Below are positions 1 through 12,533 of a DNA stretch of 64,000 nucleotides, piece by piece. The DNA is from Chiloscyllium plagiosum (Eukaryota). Under the pieces are notes generated by a model that saw only the letters and a list, made by a program, of their open reading frames with translations, was not told the origin of the DNA and did no database searches. Location of the stretch: positions 24,506,715-24,570,714 of the forward strand of contig NC_057718.1 of the NCBI RefSeq assembly GCF_004010195.1. Reading direction: 5' to 3'. Numbering within the stretch: position 1 is the stretch's first letter; each line of letters starts with the position of its first letter. The position numbers and the translations under genes are program-made.

Positions 1-144
1 CCACCCTCCCCTAGCTTATCTCTTCACGCTTCAGGCTCACTGCCTTTATTCCTGATGAAGGGCTTTTGCCCGAAACGTTGATTTTAAAGCTCCTTGGATG
101 CTGCCTGAACTGCTGTGCTCTTCCAGCACCACTAATCCAGAATC
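1..144 (+). mobile_element. Penelope-like element terminal repeat (pLTR) fragment with hammerhead motif at 52-79
   Basis: Near-identical to 19090-19232. CTGATGA-A-GGGC-TTTT-GCCC-GAAA-CGTT. Confidence 0.8.
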
Positions 145-369
145 TTATACTGACCACCTGCTGTCTCATATTAATAGTTTGAATGGCTAATGCTGCATCT
201 GCTTGAGTCTTCAGAGAGGGCTTTCCAAATCCCAGAGATGTAAACCTTCAAAACTCATTTCCAATCATCCTAATTGATTATCCTTCAAAACTCAATAGAC
301 ACAACAAATTTTGTTTATACAACATATCAAATGTCCTGCTAATTAATGAATCTTTAATTTTCCTGATTG

Positions 370-892
370 CCAGCTTGTCACAATGGTGACGTTCCTGCAT
401 CTAAGTCAGAAAATTGGATGTTTAAGCCCTGCTGGCAATCTTGTAGTAAATCTATGCTGACAGTCTGGTATAATATTCAAGGTCTGCTATACTCTTTATT
501 CCTCTATAATTTGTCAGCTGAGATATTAGACTAAGAAGATGCTTGGAGGATCCCAAGGGACTATGTGATGGGGAGTTTTTTGACTTTCAGAGAGCTATCC
601 CTCAACAATTGTCTCAAAGTAGACTAAGGGTTGAGGGTGTGCTGCTGGAAAAGCGCAGCAGTTCAGGCAGCATCTGAAGAACAGGAGAATCAATGTATCA
701 GGCATAAGCCCTTCATCAGGACCAACTCAATTTGCACTTCACTGCTGTTTACCTAAAATTGTCCTGTCTAAGTTAGTTACCATGCATAACCATGTAACAG
801 CAGTAACTTTAAAAGTAAGTCATCAGCTACAAAGTACTTTGGAATGATCTGAGATTTGAAGGTGCAATATAAATGCAATTTCTTTATTCTTG
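370..892 (+). mobile_element. Degenerate DeuSINE (SacSINE1-like), interrupted by a minus-strand pLTR fragment at about 628-720
   Basis: tRNA-like head, central ATCTATGCTGACA...GATCCCAAGGGACTAT...TATCCCTCAAC, tail AATATAAATGCAATTTCTTT. All resemble the recalled SacSINE1 consensus. Confidence 0.55.
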
Positions 893-3196
893 ATGCCTTT
901 GCAAGTAAGTGTTAAGATGCATGTCATTCAATGATGCAACAAAATCCTGCCATTTTGTTTGACCAGTAAATGCATAACTTTGAAATAGGCCACAAGCTGG
1001 ATCAGAGCAGATGAATTGGGGCACCACACATGAATATCTAATCGTAAGAATAATTCTCAAGCCTTTTTCAAAAAAAGATACATAAATGGAAAGGAAGAAA
1101 ATTTATCTGGCAGCCTTCAATTAAAGGGGGTAGACATTTTCAAGACAATATTTCTAACATGTTGTAGATATTATGTGGGATTTGTTGTGCATTTTTTTCT
1201 TTCCCTCACGTTTATTTCTGGACTGACTTTTTTTGTTGGGGGGGGGTGGGTGGGTTCTATTTGAGCAAAAGTATCTTACAGCAAAGCTAAACTGCACCTG
1301 CTTTGTTCTGTGGTACCGTGTGTGTATCTTGACTAGCATATGATGTACTGTTCTATGTTCTAATCTGTGTGACAAGTGCCTGTACCCCAATAAGACACAA
1401 GAAAAGGTAGGAACAGATAACTGGCAAATGTTTCCACTGCAGCCTCTGTAATCATCAATCCAGCAATTCAATCGAAAGGAAGGACTGCAGGAAACATTGA
1501 GCAAAAACAGATTGTGCACTGCAAACTATTAAGACTTCTGAACCATGCCGCTTTCCCCAGGTTAAATTCAGTAGCAGATCAACTAACTGTACTTTGTGTG
1601 TTGGGTATTTAGAAGTGGATAATTGGGGGAGAATGTCATGCTTGAAATGAAATTCTGATTTGCATCTTGTATTTGTGTGTTGTGTCTGCAGCAAGGATTT
1701 CACCAAATGGGAGTGCACGGTTTAGCACATTTTAAACTTGATGTTTGGAGCAAAATTATGCTTTGATCAGAAGTTCATTTCCCAAAGGTTGACAGCAGCA
1801 GCCTCCATTTCTCGTTCCATGAAATGACCTAGCAGCCTCCAGTGGCAGAACAGCAAGACTACACTTTAAAATCAACACAATGCCAATGCAGCTGCTATGT
1901 CAGTCGCAGTTCTTCATTTGGAGATTTTATAAGTTACACGTAAGGCAGTTTGAATCATGAAATCTGAAGTGGGAGAGAGAAATGAAACTTGTAAACTAAT
2001 TATCAAACTATTTGTTCCAGGGATACTTTTTCCAAAAAGAAATCACAACCTTGTTACTGAGAAACATTATTGTGTAATTTACTGAAAAGGGGGATGACCA
2101 GAACTAAACTTTTCTTGTGCATGATAAATCTAGTCTTTATTTGGGTATATTGCTGATATATTCAAAACTAAAAAAAAAGCCTTTAAAACTTAGCTGCTTC
2201 AAAAAAAGCGCAAAGGATTTTTTTGTTTACTGAGTTTTCAAAAGCATTTGGCTGAGTGGCAAGTGTTTATGATATAATGGGAAAATTGTGAAGAGTCACT
2301 TGTTAAAAGTGAAGGAATAATGAACAGCAATATCATTAAAGTAAACTGCTGTCTGTGACTATGCCTAATGAAGGATGATTCTGTCTTTGGGACAGACTCA
2401 TGTTCTTTTTATTTACAGAAACCTGCCACTCACACCCAAAGTAATTCTGATCTTACAGATTAAAATGTGCTGAGAGCTTGTGCTTTTTCTTGTGGAACAT
2501 CCACTGCTTAGGGCTTGTCGTGGAAACTGATCCAGCAGCACTACCAAGTTTTGTGATGCTTGAAATGGAGACACCTCATTGAAGGTGTTAGGAGTCTTCA
2601 GGACAGGTGTTTTCATTTAACTAGCTGCAAGATGGATGCCTGCAGTGAGTACCTCATGAAAGAGGTCACATAACTACAGTAATCCAGGAGGCACATTGGT
2701 ATAATATTGCATTTCTATCCCAAGACAAAAAAAAAGAAACAAAACCAACAAAAATGTATATATCATTTGCACTGCAACAAGTCCAAAGAGCTCACTATCC
2801 ACATCAATTTATCGTGTGCCCGCAGTTATTTATTCTCATCCACTTCTTCACACACATCACACCCCTTGGACTGAATCTTAGTCTTTTTTTTGTCGAAGTG
2901 TCAATTCCATTGAGTTTCATGGATGGGATGTTTTTCTCCATGAGGCCTAGTGAATTTTCTCATATTATTGCCCCAAACTTGCCACATTGACTACTTGCTC
3001 CTCACTATGGGACCTCTCCCATCTAATCTTAGCCTGATTCTACCACTTATCATACCCTGAGGAAACATCACTATCTGAGTATTCTGAAGAGAACCAGCAT
3101 CCTTGGCCCGCAACATCTTTAAAAGGTCATTATGTACCCAGCTAAGCATTATCAGTCCAGAATTGCCCTGCATGGTTTGTTATATTTGCCCCAGAA

Positions 3197-3735
3197 GTGG
3201 AATATAAAGGAAAACTAGCACCCAGCTTTGCAGACAGGTCGGTGAACAGGATGGTGCAGGAGGAGGATTCTTCTTCCCCCTCAGCCAGCAAAGATGGCTG
3301 TGCCGTCCTGTCTGGTCAGCCTGGTGCAAGATTGCCACCCAGGTCAGCCATCTTGTGGAATGTACAGGACTGTAGGAAGATGGCCAATAACATTCTCCAC
3401 TCAGCCAGTGTAAGTGCCACCATCTTCACCCTGATACCTCACACTCACTGTCTCTTGTACTGTATCCACCTCCTCCCAAAACCCATTCTCCTCCAAGTTT
3501 TGCAACCTGCTCTCACACACACTAAATCCCCAACCTCCAAACCCTGCAATGGTCTCTGCACTGCCTACTCACTGACTTGGGACAGCTGATAGTGTTTCTC
3601 TCAGATGATCTACTTTCATCTGACTCAGTCTGCCTGTCTTTCTCACATTTTAGAAGAAACAGCTCACAGTAGGTTAGAAAGAGCCAAGATTGTAGGTAGG
3701 CTATCTGACATTCAGCTCCTTACCTCCATGAGGTA
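3197..3735 (+). pseudogene. PIF/Harbinger transposon Myb/SANT-like gene relic (two exons)
   Basis: KGKLAPSFAD...QDCRKMANNILHSAS then donor GTAAGT at 3410. After ...CACATTTTAG (3653) comes EETAHSRLERAKIVGRLSDIQLLT. This resembles the Harbinger APRFSD...QCRK.FNDL / EK.AHNRRER.KTGGG pattern. Confidence 0.6.
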
Positions 3736-3834
3736 TGGTTCCAGGTTGTTTCAGTGCTTCATCCTGCCAATCCATTCTGCAGTTGTTATTAATTTCTTCA
3801 TTAAGTTTTTCTTTTTTCTAACTCTTATCTTGTC

Positions 3835-5390
3835 TTTCAGGTTGACCTTGAGAGTATCTGGAACTTCCCTCAACAGAGGCTGAATTGGCTTTAATTCTCA
3901 GTGACTTTTAGATATATTCTCCAAACAGTTGTTCTAAAATTGGAAACACATCTTTCTACACCTCCTGGATCTGTTCTGTAGACAGTGGCTTCAGGTGCTG
4001 CAACATGTTGTAAATATCTTTTGGCACATTGAAGGTTAGTGGGCCACACTTTAGACTTGTTCCAGGTGAGATGATGGGCTTTTATTTGCTATCTATGATC
4101 TGGAACTCCAGATCTTTGTTCTTATCATTAAATTGGCCTCTCAGAGTACTTTTCCTCTCAGTTCAAGTATTGTACCATCATATAGTCTCAATCTAATTTT
4201 TAACGGCTTAATATTTGGATCGCCTTGTTGAGGCATTTTGCACAGATTTATGAAAGTCACAATGGTACACGTTTGGTATTTTCTATTGACCTCGTATACT
4301 CCTTTTGCAGTCATTGAAACAGTCATAAACCATTTATCATCTACCAACATACTGCACGAACCCATTGCACAGCGCAGAGTGATTTGTTAGAATCATTGGC
4401 CGATACCTCTCCATCAGCCAGCTGTTTATTGCATTTTCTTCTGACTAAACATTTATGTGGAAAATTATTTGGCTTCTTGCTGTGAGAACTCTACATTGGA
4501 CATTCCTTATTTTCCTTTTGTGATATCCTCCACAGTATCTGAATCCTGTCCTTTGTGATCTTTCTACTTATTTGACCTGAATGTCTATTAGCCTAATGTG
4601 AGGCCTGGTCACTACCGCATGAGTAAGCTCTAGTTGCTGCTTCATGGGCCTCAGCACTTCTGCCCAAGTCAATTACTTTCCTGAGAGCAAATTTCTCTTA
4701 TATCATGCTGTCACAGAATCCTGTCTTTAATTAGATCACATGATTTTGCTAGCTATGTCACTGCGGTCAGATATTAATCAAGGGACAGTTTTCAACAATA
4801 GACCCTAGTTTTGAACAAATAAGATTTGCAAGTTACTTTCACTTGGAGTTCAGACTGTGCCTTCAAGGCTTTCAAAATTTCCACAGTCTTTTTTTTCTGT
4901 TCTCTGGAGACATTTAGTGTGGAATGCACTTTGAATCAGCCTTTCTCTGCTAGTGATAAAAGTATGTCTATTTACAGCTGCTCTGGTTTGTTAATTAAAT
5001 TTGTTGCAATCTCATGGTTTTGCCATTTAAGTGGAATAACTACCAGTTCTGTATCATATCGCATTTCATTTTGACTGGCAGTGAGAAAGAAAGCTTGTAG
5101 CCATTGTGTCTTATCCAGAGCTCTCAGTTGTGTCTTCCTGTGCTTTTTCCCAGCTATCAGCAGCTCTGAAAGCGTCTGTGTTCCCCCTTTTGTAGAAGTG
5201 TGTTCATACAGCTCTTCAACACTCAATCTCAGCACTGCTCTGAAACCATGTTATCAGCTAGCAGGACAATGCTTTAGCTTCTGCTGTGACTATATTCAAC
5301 TTGCTGCAAGATGGGTGCATGCACTGAGTGTTTCATGGTAGCGATTACCTGACTATCACAAGCCATAAGGCACACTTACACAGTATCACA
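3835..5390 (-). mobile_element. Degenerate Ty3/Gypsy LTR retrotransposon 5' part (candidate LTR, PBS, gag, protease region)
   Basis: Minus-strand fragments LAKSCDLIKDRIL (gag-like), IRLRLYDGTILELRGKV (protease region) and KDVFPILEQLFGEY. Candidate LTR TGTGATA...ATAACA (5390-5249) is directly followed by TGGTTTCAGAGC. Many stops and frameshifts. Confidence 0.6.
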
Positions 5391-6624
5391 TTTCCATCCC
5401 AAACAGATGGGGTGAGGTTTGTCACCTAATATATCATTAGTGTCAAATACCTAAGATAAGAATGTGATCAAACATTGAAGTGACTCCAGGTAAATCATGA
5501 TAAATATGCAGATGGTACCTAAAACGGGTTTTAAGATCCTGCACATTGTAGATGGATTTGAACATTTAGATTTGCATTACATTCCACAATTTTGAGGTTG
5601 TGGGACTAAATAAAGAAATTCTAACTCCCTCTTACATCACCTGGAGGACAAACAGGAGAGATCTGTGGTGAGAAATCATTTCACCAAATCAGAAACCTGA
5701 ATCTAAACTTTCTCAATTGTGCCTGCTTCCAGTTTGACATGGCATATGGTGACTAATTTGGTGTCCAGATGTGAGGGTTGATTTTAACATTTTAACAAGA
5801 TTCTGTGCCTCACATTTAACCTTTAATGTGCAGACTTCCTCAGAATGGGAAGGGCTAGATTCATCAGAGTCAAATTCTCAGCTGCAGTGAAAGGTTGCGT
5901 AACTCGCATTCAAGACCTCAATTGGTTTCCATTTGAGCTTCTCTCCCTCTGGCAAAGTGAGACAACATGGGGACTTCCTTAGAACTGAGGGGTTTACCAG
6001 AAATTCGCCATCCTCCTTTTCAGGATTTCTTGTTTTATTTCACGTTAAAGGCATGCTTTTAAAGCATAACTATTTTGCAAAGTTCAGCTTTTCATGACCC
6101 TGCGTTATGGTTTGTTACGTGTTTCCATGTTTTAAATCTGTTAGTCTAAATACAAATTTTTCAATGCAAATTACACAGCAATTCAACCTTCAGCTGTGAA
6201 TGTGTTTTATGAATAAAACACCAGTATTATTAAATACCACTGTTTTAAGAAGCTAAACTTCCAGTTGATTTCACCCTGAGCTCCACTCAACCTACCTTTG
6301 TTCTTCCCCAGTCCTCCAGTCCAATTGGTTCTCCAAACACTCTGATCTTTAATTATCCATGTTCCCCACCAATCCTCCATGAGCACTCAATCCCTCTGTC
6401 AACCCTGTTACATTTTCCAATTTCTCCATCTGTCCTGTCAGCCTCCAATATCGGAAGGATGTGTGAAACAATGACTGCCACAACCCCAATTGCTCGCTCC
6501 TTGTTACCCCATATACATCCAGGATCATCAGTTAATTAATGTATTGCTAACAATTACTGCATATCAGGAAAGAGGTTTAGTTACTAAACTGAAGGGATGT
6601 GAAATATCACTGCTCTGACACTGA

Positions 6625-7445
6625 AGCAGTCTTATGTTGCAAGAACTAAACAACATGTGGGCTTGGGCTGATAAGTGTCGAGTAACATTCACACCATACA
6701 AGTGCCTGGCATTGACAATCTCTAACAAGATGCATTATAATTACTGCTGCTCTCCATTCAATGGCATTACCATCACTAATCTCTCACTGTCAACATCCTG
6801 GGGTTACCATTGGTCAGAACTGAATCAGTAAAATAAACTCTGTGGTTACAAGAGCATCTTAGACGCTTGAAATTCTGCAGCACCTCCTGTTTCCCCAAAA
6901 CCTGTCCGTAATCTACAAATCACAAGCCAGGACTCTGATCCATTTGTGTGGACAAATGCAGATTCAACAACATTCAGGAAGCTGAACACCAACAAGAACA
7001 AAGCACCTCATTGGCATTCCATTCATCACTTTCAACAATCACTCCTGATTTACTGATGTACAGTGACAGCAGTGTGTACCATCCATAAAACGTACCATCA
7101 TAAAATGAGCCATCCATAAAATGCATGGCCCCAACTCAAAGCTCATTCAACATGAACTTCCAAACTCATGACCTTGACCACTGAGAAAGATAAGGGCAGC
7201 AGACAACTTGGAATATTGCCACTTTCATCCCACCTCTAAGGCATACAACATTCTCACTTGGAACTATTTTGCCACTTATTCACTGTCAGTGGATCTCAAT
7301 TCTGGAACTTCCTTCATAACAGCATATCGGTGCCCCGGTACTGGAAGGATTGCAGAGCTTCAGAAAAGTAATCGCCACCACCTTTTTTCAGGGCAGTAAG
7401 GGATGGCAATAAATATTAGCCTAGCCAGCGATGTCCACAAACACC
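6625..7445 (+). mobile_element. LINE 3' fragment (CR1/L2-group family with GGGCAATAAATGCTGGCC-type tail)
   Basis: RT C-terminal-like peptide LQELNNMWAWADKCRVTFTPYKC. The 3' tail is shared with 21690-21750 and 61840-62730. Confidence 0.7.
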
Positions 7446-10424
7446 ATTTCAAAATAAATTCAAGTGATGTATAAGTATTCGAATGGAATGTAGTCCTCCA
7501 AAGGTTACCTCCTTTTAAAACCCATTGTTGAGGTAATAGCACTGTTTCAAGGGTAAGTTCATCCAATTCTTCACTGGTACGCTGTTTTCTCTGGGATGCT
7601 CTGTTTTGAAGTAAATCAGCTCTATCTGCACTGTCGTCATCCCTGACTATTTAAACAAACATTTTCCCTCAAAATAAAGGAAAAAAATAATCAGGCCTGG
7701 TCATAATTCTTCATAATTGTTTCGTTTTAAAAAGAGTCCTGATGGCGTGACACCCTCTCTAATATAAACATTGCTATCATAACGCTTTCAATTTTTCATG
7801 TTTTTTGCTGCCAATTTTTGTTTTGGGTTGACTGATTGTCCTGTAAATGTATCATTTGTCACCAACACCAATTTTATTGCAAACTGTTTGACAGCACATG
7901 AAATAGTTGTCCAGCAGTTTACTGTTAGACGTTTATGTTTAATTGGAGTAAGTTGGCTCCTGTGAAAAAGAATAGATAGTAAACTTTGAACTTAATGTGC
8001 TCTACTTACAAACAAAAGAGAAAATGTTTGGTCACAGCTCGTCTCAGAAAATGGAACATGGCCAAAGGAATCATGTGTTCAGATGGTCTGAGGCTGGTGT
8101 GATAAATTCATAGTGGCACCTCATTAAAGTGAGTCAAGCAAGCAGCCAAGCCAATTAAGCTATTCATTGGGAGCCAGCTTGTTTGGAGGAGGAATCTTTC
8201 AGCATCTCCGAAATGCAGCTTAAAGGCAGTATGTAATCCTTAAAGAGGGTGTGCACTTCAACTTTAGACAGCAGAAAAACTCCTCATCATGTGGATAAAT
8301 AGTTGGAAATGTTTGCAACTGGGATGTGTTTGCAGAAGAAGTCTACATGGGGGGATATATCTCCTTGGTTATAATGCAGGGTAAAGTTAAATAACCTCAC
8401 TGAAGTCATCTATTGATAACTTTACTGCCTCTGACCTCAATTTCATCATTTTCTTGACTCTTTTCAATTTCTTGCAATCACTGAAATACACTTAACTCCA
8501 CCTCCTTCTCATTTTTCAATTGTCACCATTTTGTCAACCCTTGCTTCCTCACAGGAAAAATTTAAACACTTCGTATCAATTATTCAGTCATGACACGTTC
8601 TCTGAACACTTCACAAGCTTCTATCAATGCACTTTTGTTTTTGCATAAACAAGTTGTGCATAACTTGCTAAAGAAGGCTAGCACCAGAGGAGGCCAAGTC
8701 TGTCCCATGGTAGAAAATGGATTGGACAACAATGCTGTGGTATGTGACAAAAGTAGAGAAGGTGTAGTGCAGTGTGTATACACACATTCTTTCATTTCTC
8801 ACTATTTCACATGACATCCTTTGCAAAACAAACTCTAAGGAGGAATTCTAGTATTTCAGCTTCAAGGCTTCATTCCCTCTGAACAAGTATGGGAGTGCAA
8901 TGAAACTTTCTTGTCTGGCAATTACCAAACGCTTATGTCTTAATGAAGGTACTCGATTATTGATCAGCTATTTCAAAGTAACTTGGAAAGTAAAATTGTG
9001 TCTGAAAATAATGGGCTGAAGTTTCAGAGGCGTGGCAGATTGTCTACTCCAGCCTTTCCCTTTTTTGATGAAAGAAGCGAGCTCTGCATTTCTGAAAGGC
9101 GTTCATGATCAGGGTTGCTTCAGAAGGTCAAAGCCATATCTCCATTCTGGCAGTTCCTTTTGCAGCGCAGGACTGCCAGAGGAAGGCAAATCAAGGCCCC
9201 TGTTTTCCAGCAGTCAGCTGCTATATTCTGAAATGCAAAGATCCCGAAAGCCGCTTTGAAAGCTGTTGTCAAATAGTCAGTACGTGTTAAAGTGTGATGT
9301 TAGGATGCTGGGAGGTCAGAAGCACAGGGTGCCAGGTGAGCAGAGCATCAGCTAGTATGGATGCTATCTAGGGAGAGGGTAGGAAACTAGAAGTAGGATG
9401 CCAGAGAAGGTGCTAGTTAATAGGGTGCCACATGAGGTGCCAGTATAAGGGCCAAGGTACCAGGTAAGTAGGATATTAGTTGGCTGGTGCCAGGTAGGCA
9501 GAGTGCCAGGTTGATAAGGTTAGTGCTGTAATGTTTGGAGAATAGGAAACATTGAGCCCAGCGGGCAGAGGAGAGGGTGCATGTTGGGTCTGAAGGTTTG
9601 TTTCCTGGGGTTGGGTCAGGTCACGTCTGGGGAGATTGAAATGGATCAGGTCCAGACTGGATAGTGGCGATGGAGTCTTGGGTCCTCAGGACCTTACATA
9701 GGTTGGATTGAATCCACTGGCAAGGGTTTGGGGTCAGATCAGATCCAGTTTGGTCTGGCAGGGTGAGGGGCAGAGAGTTAGGGATATGTTGAGTCAGGGT
9801 CTGGTGGCGTGGTAATTGGGATGTTTGTGAGGTAGCTATGGGATCAATTTAATAATTGCTTAGACGTTAGACTGCATAATTAATAGTCCAATTTCTCCTG
9901 AGTGACCACTTTGCTTGATTTAATCTGAACTTTCCAAAGTTTTGATTTAAAAGGAGGCTTTCAGGGGATTCTAGGTGTAAAGAAATTGCCCAGCAGGAAA
10001 CTACGTTTTCGAGCAATTCCCTTGGAGTCTGTCAAGATGGAGATTCTGCAGGGATTCCGTCAACTCCCTCTTACACCAGAATAATAATTGGCTAACGGAA
10101 TAGCTGGGCTGTTGTCTTGACTTTCAATTCGACTTCAAATGCTGACTAGTAAGTGCCATCTGATTAATGGCCCCCCTCTCATATTTATAATCTCCAAAGT
10201 ATTATGTAAATTAGTTCATACAATATCTACAGTTCATTGGCTGGATCATTAGAGATCAACATCTAAATTAATTTATTTAGGTTAATTGCAAATTATGAAT
10301 ATTTTCAGCAGGTACGCATTGCTCTTCATTCTCCTTTCACATTAAAAAGCTAAACCCCAATCTCTGTCTTTCATTTCAGGTGCTGAACATTTGGAAGGGA
10401 GGTCAGCCTTCCTGAAGATCAAGC

Positions 10425-10831
10425 CCTGGAGCTCAGAAATGGACACCCTGCAAACTTTAAGGGCTGGGCTAGTGGGGAAGTCATTACACACACCTGTGAG
10501 ATCCTTCTTGTATGCCCGGTCTGTCTGTGCCACTGCACGCTCTCCTTTGGGGGGGGAGGGGTGGGGGATGAGACTGTCACACATCTCCTTCTGGAATATT
10601 CTTTTACAAAAGATGTCAGGAGAAAGCTGGGGTGGTTTTTGTCAGGGTTCATCTTGAACAGCTCTATGACATAGGACTCTGCTCTCAAAGGTCTGTTCCC
10701 CGATGCACACCGAGAGAAACATCAACTGTGCCTGAGGACCATCAACCTGGTGAAAGATGCCCTTTGGTCTGCCCGCAACTTGTTGATCTTCCAGAACAAG
10801 GAATTCACCTCAACCAAAAGATGCAGACTTG
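10425..10831 (+). mobile_element. Tx1-clade non-LTR retrotransposon 3' fragment, left part
   Basis: PVRSFLYARSVCATARSP...ETVTHLLLE (degenerate zinc knuckle) and KDALWSARNLLIFQNKE. The frame continues at 16654 once the L1 is removed. Confidence 0.7.
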
Positions 10832-10998
10832 GAGATTCAAAATGTTGGCTACCCAGCAAGTCTGAGTCTGTAGTGCTCTGCCTAAGACTTGGGCAAGGTG
10901 GGGCACCCACCTTCACCTCACCCTTTAAATCATTTAAGATAGCTTTTGCCCAGCGTAGTCAGTCATTTTACGTCAAACAGTTTGGTGTTGTTTTTAAA

Positions 10999-11854
10999 AT
11001 GACTAAAGGCAAAAACTCCCGCAGCTCGCAACAGGCAGGGACCCCTCCCCCACCCCCTCCCGCAGCAGCAGAGATGTCCACGGCTGCCTCGGGGGACTTA
11101 CCTGCAGAGGCGAACCTGTTCTCTGGGATCACCAAACTTCAAGAGAAGATTGGCACTTTTATTGAGGAGTCCCGGTCCAGGTGGGAGTCAACTCAGTCAT
11201 GCTGCAGAAGCATGACCGAGAGATCGAAAAACTTGAGCAGCGCGTTGGAGGGACGGAGCAACGGGCCGTGTCTTGGAGACGGCTGCCGAGTTGTCCGTAA
11301 GTCAGGTCCGGGCTCTCGAGCAGCAAATCCGGACCCTGGAGGAGCACATCGATGACCTCGATAATTGGGGCTGTCGGAAAAGTATTCGGTTGCTGGGCCT
11401 TCCCGAACGGGAAGAGGAAGGCCACCTTATGGACTTTCTGGAGCGATGGCTCCCACAATTATTGAAGATGGAGTCGGGACTGGGCTGGGTGTGGGTGGAG
11501 TGGGCCCACTACGTTGCTGTACGCAGGCCCGGGTCGGACCAGCGCCCCCACCCGGTTCTAATCCAACTCCAATGCTACAGAGAAAAACAAATGCTCCTGG
11601 AAGCCTCCAGAGTCCTGGGGAAGGATTCCCAGGCCATGATGCAGAATGGTTCCAGAATAATATTATTTCAGGACTTCTCTCCAGCCATGATCCACAAGAG
11701 GAGGGCATTTGATGAGGCGAAGAAGCATCTGAGAGACCTAAGTATTCAATACTCCATGCGCTATCCGGCAATGCTACACTTCAGCCATGGAGGATCCGTT
11801 TACAACTTTGGGTCGCTGGAAAAAGTAAAAGAATTCTTGCACTCTCTTAAATAG
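10999..11854 (+). pseudogene. L1 ORF1 (coiled-coil + RRM/CTD), frameshifted
   Basis: MTKGKNSR... in one frame, then IDDLDNWGCRKSIRLLGLPE...IILFQDFSPA...MRYPAML in another. These are typical L1 ORF1 motifs. Confidence 0.88.
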
Positions 11855-12533
11855 ACTGCGGGACTCGAACCGTATGGATAACAACTTTATTTTGCCCCCC
11901 TTTTGTTTATCCCTTTTTTTCTTTTTTTCATCCTTATTCCACTCATCTTTCTCAGGGGGATGGGGTGGGGTGGGGCTTGTTCTTTACTCTTCCTCTGGTT
12001 TCCTTGTTATAATTCATACGGCTTACTCGATTTGTGGGAGAGGGGGATTTTTTTTTGTCTTGCCCTTTTCTTAAGAACAGGGTTTTCCTCTTTCCTCATT
12101 TTACTTAGTTGCCTAATACTCGCCAGGATTGTAATTTTGTAATTTTATATATTTCTATTTTGTACTGTGTTTGCTAAACGCACCCAGGTGTTGGTGTGGG
12201 GGTGGGAGTTGGTTACTCTCTTTTAGCTCTGGTTTTATAAAATACTTGAATTTGTCTACTCCATTCTATAATGCCTGGGCCGAGGGCAGGACCCTAGCTA
12301 TGAGAGGTTATTGTGGGGTTATCGATAGGTAGTTATGCCCCCTGGGAGCAAGGGGGAAAGTCTCCTTTCAAATATGTTTTGCATTGTTTTGTTTTACTTA
12401 GGAATAGCTTTTAATTGTGTTGGTTTAAATATTTTAAAGAATTTTTGTATTTGTGAATTTCTTACAGTCTTTATTCGAGGTTTTTTGAGTGGGGTTCTTC
12501 CTCCCGGGGGGTCTTGGGCTTGCCTGGATAATC

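Noticed and set aside
9300..9850. G-rich stretch with recurring GGTGCCAG / GGGTCAG words as a tandem or CRISPR-like array
   Set aside because: No constant repeat length or spacing and no cas genes. Eukaryotic context; probably a decayed TE interior.
10750..11355. 201-aa ORF as a gene
   Set aside because: Chimeric read-through from the Tx1 fragment across the TSD into the L1 5' UTR and ORF1.
11273..11854. Domesticated L1TD1-like gene
   Set aside because: It is the frameshifted ORF1 of a TSD-flanked L1 with ORF2 downstream.
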